Source: Piedraia hortae CBS 480.64 | Taxonomy: Eukaryota | DNA length: 64,000 nucleotides | NCBI GenBank assembly: GCA_010093745.1 | Contig: MU006022.1 | Coordinates: 1-64,000, forward strand | Reading direction: 5' to 3' | Shown here: positions 1 through 13,137 of the stretch, one piece after another | Layout of the letters: each line of letters begins with the position of its first letter | Numbering within the stretch: position 1 is the stretch's first letter | Translations under genes and position numbers: made by a program | The notes under the pieces: model-generated | Seen by the model: the letters and a program-made list of their open reading frames with translations, nothing else | Told to the model about the DNA's origin: nothing | Database searches by the model: none

Positions 1-269
1 CGTGAAGTCGAGAGCCGAGCGACGGTTACTAATAATGCGCGTAATATACCGCATATTCACAACAGTTTGTTACCAACTTATCTCTGGTGTGTTAGCAAGA
101 CCTTAGTACTCTGAGCCCACCGGGCCTTTTGGAATATTAAACAGGACAGGTGGATCAAGGAGGTTCAACATCGGGTGCGCCGAAACGAAAATACAAAAGT
201 CCGCTATCCTTTAGGTTAGGATAGGGTCCACTCCTAACTTCCAACTCGGTATATTTTGAAAAACAGACG

Positions 270-2018
270 ATGTGTGGCGCCAACATGCGTCGGAGATTCC
301 AGTATCAGGAGAAGGGTTCAACCAAACCGAAACCACTTACAGGCAGACCTAGACCAGCATCGCAATCATCTCAACTATACCCCAAGATAGCCTTTGCCAT
401 CCTCCTCGTAAGCCATACTCTAGCAGCGTATTTCCAGCCCATACAGGATTGTGACGAAGTTTTCAACTATTGGGAGCCAACCCATTACCTCTCTTACGGT
501 AATGGATTCCAAACGTGGGAATACTCTCCCGAATTCGCCATCCGCTCGTGGGCATACGCAGGCCTTCATGCCCTGGCCACGCTCCCCATACATCTGTGCG
601 GCGGGAGCAAATTGACAGAGTTCTATGCTTTGAGAGTCATCCTCGGCATTGTCTGCGCGTTGTGCGAAATCAGACTTTATTGTGTCATCGCTAGAACGTT
701 GAATGCACGAATTGCGATCGTTTTCCTGGCAATCCTCGCCATGAGTCCGGGCATATTCCACGCGAGTATCTCTTACTTGCCTAGCAGTTTTGCAATGTAC
801 TTTGCTTGCCTTGGCATGGGCGCATTCATGGACAGACGTGGAGGTAGCAAGGTCGCGAAGGGAATCTGGCTATTTGGTATTGGAGCTACGCTCGGTTGGC
901 CGTTTGTTGCAGCCTTGAGTGTTCCATATCTGCTAGAAGAGTGTTTCTTGGCACTGATAGGCAGTGGACAGTATCGAGCCGACTTTGCCTGGACAGTCAT
1001 GGATGGTGTCCTAAAGACACTTTTCGCTCTCATGCTACAGATTGGCGTGGACTGCTTCTTCTACAAAAAGCTCACAATCGTCCCACTTAACATTGTGCTG
1101 TACAACGTCTTTGGTTCAAAAGGTCCTGATCTCTATGGCACAGAGCCTTGGCATTTTTATCTCAGGAACCTGACACTCAACTTCCACTTGTGGGTTCCCC
1201 TAGCTTTGAGTTCAATGCCACTACTTCTCCTCCGCCAACGCAGTCAGGCAATGAGATCGAATTGGGTCCGTCTAATGGTATTCCTCTTGCCATTCTACCT
1301 CTGGTTAGGCCTCTTCACGATGCAGCCACACAAAGAAGAGAGGTTCATGTATCCAGCCTATCCGGCCCTGGCACTCAATGCAGCTGTGGCAACGGACATA
1401 TTGGTCGGAACCCTCCCTCCTCGGCTTCACAAATACTCCCTCGCCTTACTCCTCCTTGCCGGGGCAGTAGTGTCACTTTTCCGCATCATCGGCATAGTAA
1501 CAGCTTTCGCCGCCCCATTCTCGATTTACACTCCTCTCCACGCTCCAAACGTAAGTCAGGCGGGTGATACGGTGTGCTTAGGCAAAGAATGGTATCGGTT
1601 CCCTTCTCACTACCATCTCCCTTCGGACGTAAAAGCAAAATTCATCAAATCTGAATTCAGAGGTCTGCTGCCTGGTGAATTTAGCGAGGCTGGAAGTGCT
1701 CCAGGCTTGTTTCCTGGGACTTGGGTTGTTCCGTCTGGCATGAACGATGAGAATCGTGAAAACATGGATAAATATACAGATCTCAGGCATTGCACGTTCA
1801 TGATCGACAGCACGTTACCAAGCACCATCCCGACGGAGATCGAAAGGAATTTTGTGGACGATGACGTGTCTTGGAGACGATTGCACTGCGAGAGGTTTCT
1901 GGATGCCAGTGCGACAGGACTATTACCTCGCTTGGGCTATGTCCCCGAGTTTCTAAACAGGGTGAAAAACATGGGTCGTATTTGGGGTGAATACTGCTTA
2001 CTCAAGAGCAAGCCTTAA
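270..2018 (+). CDS. ALG9: ALG9-type alpha-1,2-mannosyltransferase (GT22)
   Basis: 582-aa ORF with the motifs IQDCDEVFNYWEPTHY, FQTWEYSPEFAIRSW, QPHKEERF and CLGKEWYRFPS, plus many TM segments. Start could be ATG 270 or 285. Confidence 0.92.
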   Translation: MCGANMRRRFQYQEKGSTKPKPLTGRPRPASQSSQLYPKIAFAILLVSHTLAAYFQPIQDCDEVFNYWEPTHYLSYGNGFQTWEYSPEFAIRSWAYAGLHALATLPIHLCGGSKLTEFYALRVILGIVCALCEIRLYCVIARTLNARIAIVFLAILAMSPGIFHASISYLPSSFAMYFACLGMGAFMDRRGGSKVAKGIWLFGIGATLGWPFVAALSVPYLLEECFLALIGSGQYRADFAWTVMDGVLKTLFALMLQIGVDCFFYKKLTIVPLNIVLYNVFGSKGPDLYGTEPWHFYLRNLTLNFHLWVPLALSSMPLLLLRQRSQAMRSNWVRLMVFLLPFYLWLGLFTMQPHKEERFMYPAYPALALNAAVATDILVGTLPPRLHKYSLALLLLAGAVVSLFRIIGIVTAFAAPFSIYTPLHAPNVSQAGDTVCLGKEWYRFPSHYHLPSDVKAKFIKSEFRGLLPGEFSEAGSAPGLFPGTWVVPSGMNDENRENMDKYTDLRHCTFMIDSTLPSTIPTEIERNFVDDDVSWRRLHCERFLDASATGLLPRLGYVPEFLNRVKNMGRIWGEYCLLKSKP

Positions 2019-2183
2019 TCATATATTGGATTCTAATGGGCCACTATTAAGTATGGCAAGCTTAGGCACCCTGAGCCGTTGGACGGATTGCCCCGACGTG
2101 GTAACCCGACAAATCAGGTACATGTAGAAGACGGTCGACATGCCCGCGGAAACACGAGAGTCTAGAAACAGCACTCATTCACA

Positions 2184-2966
2184 ATGTCTTCCAATAAAAT
2201 CACTGTTACTCTGCCACAACTGGCCAAGATGATTGATCATTCTCTCTTGCATCCTACCATGACCGACGAGGAGATCAAGGCCGGACTTGCTGTTGCCAAA
2301 AGGTACGACGTGGCAACGGCCTGCGTCAAGCCTTACGCCATCCCTCTTGCGAAGAAGGAGCTACAAGGAAGTTCCGTTGAAATATGCCCCGTGATTGGAT
2401 TTCCCCACGGAAACAGCGCTACCGAAGTCAAAGTCTACGAAGCCCAACAGGCTGCCAAAGCTGGTGGTAGCGAAATCGACATGGTGATTAATATTGGTAA
2501 GGCGTTGGGCAAAGATTGGGATTATGTTCAAGAAGAAATTCGGGCCATTAACGAGGTCGTCACGTCAAATGGGGCAATCTTGAAGGTCATCTTTGAAAAT
2601 GACTACCTTCAAGACGAGCACATCGAAAAATTGTGCAAGATTTGCACAGATCTCAATGTCAAATTCATCAAAACTTCAACAGGGTATGGCTTCGTAAAAC
2701 AGAGCAATGGCATGTACAACTACAAGGGAGCGACAATTCCGCAGTTGAAGCTTATGAGAAAGACGGCTGGCAGTGACGTTGAAATCAAAGCTGCAGGCGG
2801 AGTTCGCACCCTGGATGATCTCTTGCATGTCATGACGCTTGGCGTAACTCGCATCGGTGCCAGCGCGACCAAGGCTATAATGGAAGAGGCCGAAGCCAGG
2901 GAAATCGGAAAGGAACCCAAGGAGATTTCTTTCAAGCCCATGCAAGACGGCGCCGGAGGCTACTAA
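2184..2966 (+). CDS. deoC: Deoxyribose-phosphate aldolase (DERA/DeoC)
   Basis: Motifs IDHSLL, VIGFPHG, EIDMVIN, LKVIFE, FIKTSTG (Schiff-base Lys) and IKAAGGVR. Intronless. Confidence 0.93.
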   Translation: MSSNKITVTLPQLAKMIDHSLLHPTMTDEEIKAGLAVAKRYDVATACVKPYAIPLAKKELQGSSVEICPVIGFPHGNSATEVKVYEAQQAAKAGGSEIDMVINIGKALGKDWDYVQEEIRAINEVVTSNGAILKVIFENDYLQDEHIEKLCKICTDLNVKFIKTSTGYGFVKQSNGMYNYKGATIPQLKLMRKTAGSDVEIKAAGGVRTLDDLLHVMTLGVTRIGASATKAIMEEAEAREIGKEPKEISFKPMQDGAGGY

Positions 2967-3850
2967 TCATGAGTTTGTACATAAAATACCATACACGTAA
3001 GTGAGAAGATAGCCACACTTCGTATTAGCACAATGCACCTTTAATGGATATCAAGAACTCGATGCTTTGCGCATCTTTCTCCTTGGTTTGAATTTGTGAT
3101 TGCGATCTCAATGAACAGCGAAGCTGAAGATTGCCCCATATTCCGACATACATTATATTACATTTCACCCTGCGGCTTTAATTTGGATCAGCATCGATCA
3201 TCGATCATTAGTAGCACAGCATGCCATGAGAGGCCTGGAATCGCCAGAACTGACCCTGCAGATGCGTCCTATTTGGTTTACCGAACCGGGGAAACTAGGA
3301 AGGCCTTGGTGCGCACAGCATAAATCAAGTTCAGGCGCGTGCCCCATTGTCATCCGTGGTACCCACATCTAGCATGGTTGGCTCTATAGTGGGTCCTACC
3401 AAACGACAACCCGGGAAAAGACCCACCGGATGGCAAAGGGGTTATTTTCAGGGGAGCATTAACGGCTGCGCATCTAAGCACTTATCTCATTGCCTGCTGA
3501 CATTCACATGGCAAGCAGATCATCCCGGCAGGATACAATACGTTTTCGGCGTTGCCCAAATAGAAAAAAAAAGGCAGAAAGCCATGGCAAGTAATAGCGG
3601 CAAAGAAGTGACATACTGGTCGGCTATATATGTTTCGGTTGTCCTCCACATTCGAGTCGCGTCGTTCGCAGGCCATCACAACATGTCAACAATTTCATCC
3701 CTGACTACTCCCAGCCTGCGGGGCTAGGAAAGCTTTTCTCCCGAAAAGACACCGGTGAAAATAACAAGATAATGATAGGAAAATTCCCCCATTTCGAACG
3801 CCTAACCTTCCCGTGCTCCTGCCAAACGCCCTTGACTTCGGTTCCCTCTC

Positions 3851-4099
3851 CTATCGGCAGTTGCCATAGCGTGAAGGTGGTCGCGAACATAGGGGCGACG
3901 GGGGCGGAGGCGCGAGGCCGTCCACATCATCTTGTGTAGCATCGTCGGGTTGATTGACAACTTTGAGAGATAGGTGATTCCGAGGCTTTGTAGCCGCGGC
4001 TTTGAAAGCCTCGTTGATGTCCTCGGTGGAGAAGGAATCGTTGCGTGGGATGGGAGCTCCAGGTGTAGAAGACGAAGGCATTGGCATTGTGCTTGTCAT
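3851..4099 (-). CDS. Small hypothetical protein (82 aa, Pro/Ser-rich C-terminus)
   Basis: ATG in GACAATG context. A TATA-like CTATAT (~4137-4143) and a pyrimidine-rich tract (~4200-4290) lie upstream on the minus strand. It is the most gene-like ORF in a 2.6-kb gap. No family recognised. Confidence 0.5.
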   Translation of the reverse strand: MTSTMPMPSSSTPGAPIPRNDSFSTEDINEAFKAAATKPRNHLSLKVVNQPDDATQDDVDGLAPPPPSPLCSRPPSRYGNCR

Positions 4100-5567
4100 T
4101 GTCGATATGTGCGTTCGTGAGTGGAAGAGACAGACTGATATAGAGTGGGAGTGGAGATTTCAGCACAGATAAGGCCAGGCGAGGCTGCGAGTGGCTTCTG
4201 GCAGAAGAAAGGAAAGACTGGGTCAAAAGAAAAACAGGAAACGGGAGGAGAAAAAGGATAAAAAAGGCGGAGGGACAGAGGAAGGGGCGGGCGGCATGTT
4301 CCCCTTGCCTCAAACCAGGGGAGATGACTTACGTGCTCGGCTGTTTTTTTCTTATTCCTTCCCTGGGCATGTATTCTATACGGGGATGATCCCGCCACCC
4401 CGAAATCATCAGGCACCGGAAGATAAGAGCGATACGACCTGGTCAATCAATCATTGCCACCTCAAGGCCCGATCACGACTTTTTGCACGAATGAGAAGGC
4501 GCCGCTGGGCCCAAAGAAAGGGGACCGATTCTGCTGCAGCGGCCTTCCATTGAAGCTTGTTCGCCGCCAGTCGGGTTGGGCCTGGGCTCTGGAAGCCGAT
4601 TACTGGTGGTACATAGTGTCACTTTCACCGTATTACCGACGAAAACGACGACTCCGATCCTGTTTCGCCGGCCTCAGCGTCCGTTTCCCGTTTTGCCGAA
4701 CGTTCCCGGTCCCTCCCGGTCCCACTCCCGCCTAGTTCAACCCCACAAACCTGGAGATTGCGGGGCTGTCAATCCTGATTGGTGGGGCTAGTCGGGCCGA
4801 AAGCTTCCAGAGATTCCATCCCGATTGTTAGAAAACGGTTTTGAAACGAAAGGAACATGCCGTGATAGGGATGCATCCCTGTCTGAGAACTTCTAGAATA
4901 ATCTTCCAATTTCCTGATGTGGAATTGCTGCCTCAGCTCATCGCAATGTTGTCAACGCGTGCGCTTTATGGACCAGTGTCGCCTTAAAATACTGTCTCAC
5001 AAAACATGTTATACGGTTTGAGTTGAATAGCCGCTAAAACCCTGAGTCCAAGCGCACAACGCGACTCTGAGACGGTGCCACAAGTACAGTATTCTCACTG
5101 CGGCCACAGCACAAAAACAAAACTATGCCTCTGTCAAGCGTGGTCGCTTGAATACTCATTGATGGATATGTGACAGCCTGTGTCATAACGCCTGTGCCTG
5201 TTGTGCACGTGCTCCAGTCAGTGGCTGTCACTTAATCAAACGTTAAGGTTGCGCTATATAGTCTTTTTCCGGCGTTGAGACCCCAAGCAACCTTCAAGTC
5301 CACTGGCTAAAAGGAGTGTAATTGACAAAAGAAAATTTCATTAGTTGAACTGTAGGTGAACATTGTTACGCTCAAGCTGAACGATTTGCAATCAATATAA
5401 GCCGCACGCCTCATATTTCTTCTCTCCTTATCGCGACGTCATTTGCTCAAGTTCGAAAACAAGTAATCAGTGGTACGCATGTTGTAATGGGTTAGACGAC
5501 TATCCATATCATATGTCCCTGGCTGTGGCATGCACCTAGCACCCTATCGTACAATTATATCAATTAT

Positions 5568-7718
5568 TTACACGGGCAAACCCCTCAACCTTAGTATCTC
5601 ACGACTCCTACCAATTTCGGGCGAAGACAATTGCTCGAGAGCCTCCTCAGCCGGTTGCAGATCCTTCTGTTGTACCACGGAATCTCTCGAAGGCGGCATC
5701 TTGCCTTTGGCCATGGCGTCTTGCACTGCCGTTTCGAATGCTGCATCATTAGCCTCTGCCATTGCAAGAAGATAATTGATGATTTTCCAGTTTTCGTAGC
5801 GGAGTTTTCCTAGTGGTATTCCAGTCGCGCTGAATTCTTCTGAATTTTTGAAATCGGCACTTGGGCCAATTGTTTCCGGCTGAGGAGTTTCGATTGAGCT
5901 GGATTCGTCTATCTCCGATTCGTCCGCCGAATATTCTTTTGATACTGAGATTTCGGTGGTGACTTGGTCATACAGTTCTCTCAACTGTTCGTCAGGCAAG
6001 AAGACGCCCTCGGGAGGGCGGTAAAGAAACATTATGGAGTTTTGTGTGAAGTCTATCTCTTCACTCTCCAATTCATGTTCCAGGCTTCTGATTTCCCTAA
6101 TGAAGTCCTCAAAACTCAAACTCCCATTATCCAACTCCACAGTTACATTCTTGTTGTATCTTTCTAACTCAGCGACCTCTTTCAGTTTTTCGAGGTAAAA
6201 CTCCTTACGGTCTCCTTCAAGGAAACCACACTCTCTTGTTGCAAACTTGACGGAACCACTTAATCCCGCTGCCAGTATCATAGCAGCAATATCACCAGGT
6301 TCCAGCCTTCGTCCTTGCGCCTTTTTGAGATCGTGCCAATAGCGCTTAACCATCTCCGTATCCCGCAGTTCCCCTGCGGCCGTAAGGAGGGAGCGACGGG
6401 TAACATGACTTGGCTCCAGATCCAGGCTCTTCAGATCTGATAACGCGGCAGGAATAAGTTCCGGAGACTGCCCATACCCCCCAACATTTGAAATGATTGC
6501 ATTGAACGCGCTGAGGCCAGGCTTAACACCGCATGACGTAGCAAAGTAACTGAGAGTTTTCTTGATTACTCCCTGAACAGCAGAGGCGATTTGTTGCTTC
6601 TTTTCTGCAGGGAGAGGTGTGATGTTGTCTTGGCGGAGGATTTGGGTCAAGCTTATTATCACCTCGTTTAAGTGGTTTGAAGAAAACTTGGCCGTAGAGC
6701 GGGCCGATATCTTCGCAAGCATGAGCATATGCCTTAGAACTAGGAGCTTTTGTGACATTGTGCCCCAATCAAGTCGATCACGAAGAAGTGTGATGATCAT
6801 TTTCAGCGTACTCGGGGGTAGACTGATGCCTGCTCTGCAAGCCAAGGCAAACACAGGGTATGCCTCTGGTAACGGCCGCTCCAATATCACACTTTCGAAG
6901 AACGACGCTGGAGTGATGGTGGGGAACAGCCGCAAAGCCGTATCAAGAGCCATGTATGCTTTCATTGAATCGCCTCTAAGCAAACGCGCCTTGAGGATTG
7001 CGTGAAGGAGGCTCATGGATATCCCTTTCAATTTTACCCTCGCATTCCGATCCGCCAGGATAGCATTAGGAGACAGATGATACGCGTGGAAAGCGCCTGG
7101 GAAACGCTGCAGTGCACGTTCAAATAGGGCCTCCGCCTTCTCCAGCGAGGCACCAGAGGTAGATAGCAGTTCTATCGCGGCACCGTAGACGTTTTCGCCT
7201 ACAAAGGCATCGTCCTGCTTTTCTAACCAGTGCCAGAATTTAATTCCGGTATCGTAGTCGCCGGATTCTTCGAAAAAATTCAACAATCGAGCGTGGGCAA
7301 ATCGGTCTGGTGGCATTTTTCTCTTTTCAACTAGTTGTACAAGCTGCTTGGCAAATTTGGAAAGTGTGTCGGGCTGGATTGAAGTTCGCTCTTTCGGATC
7401 AAATTTTCGCAGTCTGCGATACGAACTTGTGAGACATTTGGCAACATTGGAGAATTCATTCAATGCTTCACACCGTGGTTTCTCGGAGAACAGTCTGATC
7501 ACACCCAGAATATCATTTGCTGCGCATGCATCCTCCAATTGGCTTGCGAATTTGGCATCGAGTAAGACTTTGTGCTGCGCGGCTTCAATTGCTAATGCTT
7601 CCCTTGCCTTTCGTCGTTTTATGTGCTTCGGTATCGTAACGTAATGCCTTTGCCATTGAGCAGGTCTAAAAGTCTTGCTAATCCGCCAAAATTGCCGAAT
7701 TATTCTATAGCACGGCAT
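5568..7718 (-). CDS. Probable mitochondrial helical-repeat (PPR-like) protein
   Basis: Long ORF. The basic, Arg-rich N-terminus from ATG 7718 (MPCYRIIRQFWRISK) resembles a mitochondrial presequence. PPR-like segments: GVKPGLSAFNAII, DLEPSHVTRRSLLTA. Confidence 0.6.
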   Translation of the reverse strand: MPCYRIIRQFWRISKTFRPAQWQRHYVTIPKHIKRRKAREALAIEAAQHKVLLDAKFASQLEDACAANDILGVIRLFSEKPRCEALNEFSNVAKCLTSSYRRLRKFDPKERTSIQPDTLSKFAKQLVQLVEKRKMPPDRFAHARLLNFFEESGDYDTGIKFWHWLEKQDDAFVGENVYGAAIELLSTSGASLEKAEALFERALQRFPGAFHAYHLSPNAILADRNARVKLKGISMSLLHAILKARLLRGDSMKAYMALDTALRLFPTITPASFFESVILERPLPEAYPVFALACRAGISLPPSTLKMIITLLRDRLDWGTMSQKLLVLRHMLMLAKISARSTAKFSSNHLNEVIISLTQILRQDNITPLPAEKKQQIASAVQGVIKKTLSYFATSCGVKPGLSAFNAIISNVGGYGQSPELIPAALSDLKSLDLEPSHVTRRSLLTAAGELRDTEMVKRYWHDLKKAQGRRLEPGDIAAMILAAGLSGSVKFATRECGFLEGDRKEFYLEKLKEVAELERYNKNVTVELDNGSLSFEDFIREIRSLEHELESEEIDFTQNSIMFLYRPPEGVFLPDEQLRELYDQVTTEISVSKEYSADESEIDESSSIETPQPETIGPSADFKNSEEFSATGIPLGKLRYENWKIINYLLAMAEANDAAFETAVQDAMAKGKMPPSRDSVVQQKDLQPAEEALEQLSSPEIGRSREILRLRGLPV

Positions 7719-7927
7719 CTTCGATTCAATGGAATTGCAACAGAAATTTTGAACGCCAACATGCACCACAGCTCCCCAGAATCTTCATCAAATACACGCC
7801 ACACTATCTGCAGATATAAGTGTCAAAAGCACTTGTCATGTGATGGGTGGCCCATTGACACCACTGTGTATGGCGGGCCGTTCCGTGCCAACGACACGTC
7901 CAACACGACACCCGGCCAGGCACCATC

Positions 7928-8552
7928 ATGCCTTCCAACATGTCTCTCTTCGCCGTACAAGCTGTCCTCGTCTTGGCATCTGACTCCTCGCGCATTCTCG
8001 TGCGATACTACACATCGCCGCACGGGGGGACCCAGAACCCCTACCCAACTCTCGTAGAGCAGAAGGCTTTTGAACGGGGATTGGTTGAGAAAACAAGCAA
8101 CAAGCTGGCGAGCGATGTAATTCTTTACGATAATCGAGTTGTGGTATTCAAGAACGAAGGGGACGTTATGCTCTGCGTAGTCGGAAATTTGGATGAGAAC
8201 GAAGTCCTGCTCTATAATGTTGTACTTGCCTTGCGAGATTCGCTTAGCATCCTTCTCAAGTGAGTAGCCTTTCTTGTGAGGTGAATTTCCACGTCTAATC
8301 GCCGAAAGGGACGTTATTGACAAGCGCACGCTGATTGAGAACTACGACTTGGCATGCCTGTGCATTGACGAAATGGTAGACGACGGCATTATTCTCGAGA
8401 CAGACGCTATGGTAATCGCATCCCGCGTTACAAAGCCTCCCACACAGGATGTAGCAAGCATGCAAGGCATTGATCTCAGCGAAGAGGGCCTTCTCAAGAT
8501 TTACCAGTTCGGAAAACAGAAGCTTGGCGAGCGTTTACGGCAAGGGCTATGA
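7928..8552 (+). CDS. RET3: Coatomer subunit zeta (2 exons; intron 8260-8308)
   Basis: Longin/sigma-adaptin-like sequence ([19 protein letters not shown]). A GTGAGT...CTAAT...AAG intron restores [30 protein letters not shown]. Confidence 0.92.
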
Positions 8553-9078
8553 TTCATCGACTACAAGACCCTATACATTTGCTCTTTTTGCGTGTAGCAG
8601 TTCCTTGTTTACCGGGATAATCTTTATGCTGGATCACAGGGCTGTCATAGTTTCTCCAAACAGGTGCGAAATGATTGGTTTTCCAAGACAAAGCTGGGCT
8701 GATCGTGTGTCAGTATAGCATAGACAAGTGGCTCAAGTCAAAACTCCATTTACCGCAGCGAAAACGACAGTACTAAGATTGAAACGCCATAGATTGTTCA
8801 AGTCGTTATAGCCAGCATGTTTTCGCAACATCGATCTAATGTTCATTGCACGTCAATAGCCGATTGCATATTCAATAATCGAATACAAATCAAAATGAGT
8901 TGCAGTACACGATGAGATCTTTGGTGGGTTGGCGAGTTTTGTTTAGGGAGGGGAGAGAGAAATGAAGCAACAATGGTATCGTCATAAGCTACAAGTAGAC
9001 ACTTGGTCGGTGCCGTGCATGATTAAACCCCCAACGCCGTTACACGTAACCATCAACAGTCCACTGCGTCAAATGTCT

Positions 9079-10270
<1,192 letters not shown>

Positions 10271-10619
10271 ATTTCTCGTGCTTTTTTCCATTACGATTTG
10301 TTCCAGCGGCTACGGTGGTCGTAAAACGCCAACGAATATGGAAGGATTGATGACCGGGTGGTCTTGCTGTAACATACGGCTGCGGAGTTACGGTGTATGC
10401 ATTGATGATACCATTACATGCCTCTTCCTAAGTGTACCCTGTAGTGTGCCACAATATCTCTGTTGTTACTGGAATATCTTGTCGCGTACGTGCTAGCCCA
10501 TTGCTTCATTGAGTCGAGTTCATCTTGTCCTGAATCACTGGTTCACGCCGACTGCCCTTATCGTGTTTTCTCAATTGCTCTATACAGCAGCTTCTCCATG
10601 ATTAGCTATGATACCACCA

Positions 10620-10844
10620 TCATTGTACCCGTCTCTCCCTTCGCTCCTGTCTTAATTCCCTCTCGGCAATGAGCAGTCTAGCTTGGATGTTCTTCCTAAC
10701 TTCTTCAACTCCAGCGCGCTTGACGTCTATGCAGTTGAGCAAAGTTGTTAATTGAGCAATCTCTTCGCCGGATGATGACGATTTGGATCGTCTTGGATTT
10801 GGGATCACTCTCCCTTCTTCTTGCCGGGTAGTTGGTGGTTCCAT
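10620..10844 (-). CDS. Possible small coiled-coil protein (74 aa)
   Basis: ATG in good CACCATGG context; charged helical C-terminus (LLIAERELRQERRERRVQ). No family recognised. Confidence 0.3.
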   Translation of the reverse strand: MEPPTTRQEEGRVIPNPRRSKSSSSGEEIAQLTTLLNCIDVKRAGVEEVRKNIQARLLIAERELRQERRERRVQ

Positions 10845-11130
10845 GGTGCAGCTATAGTCAACGCGTATCGCAAGGACATGTAAGGCCGGCCTGGACTCTT
10901 TGGCTATGATATATGCTGTTGATGATTCATAGGATGGCAGACGGATGGAGTGAACAGGCAGCGGTAAGTCGGCATGCTTAAATCGAAAATGGGATGACGT
11001 GAATGGCGTGACAGCTATCACCATTAATGTATCACAATTCAGCCAGGTAGATAAAACGCCAGAAGAAAATTGGAACAGGGATGCCCGATTGATCGCCATC
11101 TTCTGCCATACATGTATGATATTCGGGCCA

Positions 11131-11580
11131 TTAACCCAATCCTTCATCAAATTTCTCCTTCAATTCGCGATATCTGTCCGCGAGATGTGCCATATGTATA
11201 GGAGGTCCCATCATGATGACCTTTCTTATCATTTCGGCTTGACTGCTTGCTCCCTGTCCCTGTGGTTGTTTACCCTGCTGCTGCTGCGCTCTGGCGACGA
11301 GAAAGGCGAGATTTGCCTGCACGCGTCGAAGGACATCAATGTATTCAGGCGCCGCAAGGTCGCCTGGGAGTCCCTGGGCGCGCAATTGTGCCACTTGTTG
11401 ATTACTTGTTGCGCCGCCCTTGCCTTCAATCTGTAACTTGTTTACTTCGGCGAGGAGCTCAACGTTGATTTCAATGAGGAGCGACACAGGATCTTTCGCG
11501 TCCTCCGCTGTGTCTGCACTCTTTGTCGGTTTTGACACGGCTGGCTGTGGAGGTGTGGTCGTTTGTTGCGTATGATCCAT
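11131..11580 (-). CDS. SS18/SSXT-N (Snf11-like) SWI/SNF-associated small protein
   Basis: Pattern LL.EIN.ELL..V..LQ..GKG ... EY...LRRVQANLAFL resembles the SSXT N-terminal domain. Gln-rich tail. Confidence 0.55.
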   Translation of the reverse strand: MDHTQQTTTPPQPAVSKPTKSADTAEDAKDPVSLLIEINVELLAEVNKLQIEGKGGATSNQQVAQLRAQGLPGDLAAPEYIDVLRRVQANLAFLVARAQQQQGKQPQGQGASSQAEMIRKVIMMGPPIHMAHLADRYRELKEKFDEGLG

Positions 11581-13137
11581 TGTGAACCGCAGATGTTTGA
11601 CACGGCCGTGATTTCGATGTTTGTAGGCCTTTGCCGCGTGTTATCCCCGCAAAAGGCAAGTGTCAGGTGTCAAACCCACTGCGTGGTGACAAACCAAACG
11701 GTTTCCCCAAACGTTAGCTTCTGTACTTTTGCCCACTTTGAACTTTGTTTTCCAGGTTAACTACGGACGGGCCTTTATTTGCGGCGGAAGTGATGCCGAT
11801 AAATGGAAAAAGTTCGTTTGGTTACATATTCCAATTTTGTGGCATCGGACATATAACAACGAAAATGTATGGGATGTCGTAGTAACTTGCATTTTGCTTG
11901 GTACATATGTGTTCTCCTTGTGCTGGTTCACCGAAATCATAAACGTGGGTTATCATTGCCTAATTTCAGCCAATTCAATTTTGGCAGGTTTTGCGTATAT
12001 CTGACTGTCCAGGCAGATTAAACCAGGAGAGCATTCGTTGTGTTCGGTGTATTGGTCTTAGGAGCGAGAGTCCTCAACCCTTTGATCATGGCTCGGAAGA
12101 CGTTGCCTTTCATGTATTATCAGCGTTATTGGGCTCTCCCTACAAGAGCTTACAGGCTGTGCCACAAAGGGCAGACGTCCATCTGCCTGTCTAAAAACAA
12201 ATAATACATATTTCTGCTCTGCAGAGTGTCCTTCAACAGACCGATTATTGTGAGTCTCTACTTACCCAGTCCGGTACCCGGAACGGACGAGATTAAAACC
12301 AATATTGGCAAATGAACACACCCTAAAGCGCCAGGATAAACGGAAAAGAAGGGCAGAAGAAACGGTGGACCGTCTCACAGCGGCCAACGGTATCGTGGTT
12401 CCCGGAGACCGGGACCCTGTTGTCCGAATGTAATATCGATTTGGGGAAGCAGCAAGGCGCTTATACAGATGATAGACAGTGTCAATGAACATCTGTCAAA
12501 AGCAAAAGCTCTCAGGAACGAATAAACTCGAATCAAGGGAATCTGCTGTTGATCAAACAACTCGAAGAAAGAAGCGGAATGCATTTGGGAATCGACTGGG
12601 GCGAACAGCGCCACCATCGCAGACAGTATTTGAACGAATCATTCAATTTCAACTACTTTGGCGAGCCCACGCCGCATTCCAGCTCAAGGACTCCATACAT
12701 TAACAAATCGGGTCCCGTTTGATATTCCAATGTCTCTATGTTGCTCCACAGGGGATGTTACAAATCCAGAGATCACATTCCTGCAGAATGCAGTGGCACA
12801 TAGCCTGCTCTAAATTCCAAACATTGACGAGCACTCACTAACTTCATGGACCAGACATAGTTTCGCGATGTTGAGGGTGTTATCAACACCATGACCCTGA
12901 TAATTCTCGGTGTACTCAGTTATAGCAGTAATCAAACTATTCTACAACGCACCTGGTCAACGCGTCTCACCGCGTTCGGACGCATCGCTTTGAAATGCGC
13001 TTGCACGTGTCGTTGTACCCGAATGGAAATAGTGGGCGCGGGTAGTTCCGCCCTGGGATGTTTAACATCCCCCGGGTTTAGTTTGCAATGCAAAATTGAC
13101 TTCGCTTCATGTTGAAGTAGACCAAATCAGTGTCACA

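Noticed and set aside
203..239. TTAGGTTAGGATAGGG telomere-like tract with short hairpins
   Set aside because: Only 2-3 imperfect units and 7-bp stems; expected by chance
11760..13050. Possible pseudogene or transposon relic in the long AT-richer spacer
   Set aside because: Only short ORFs in mixed frames, with no recognisable domain, terminal repeats or target-site duplication
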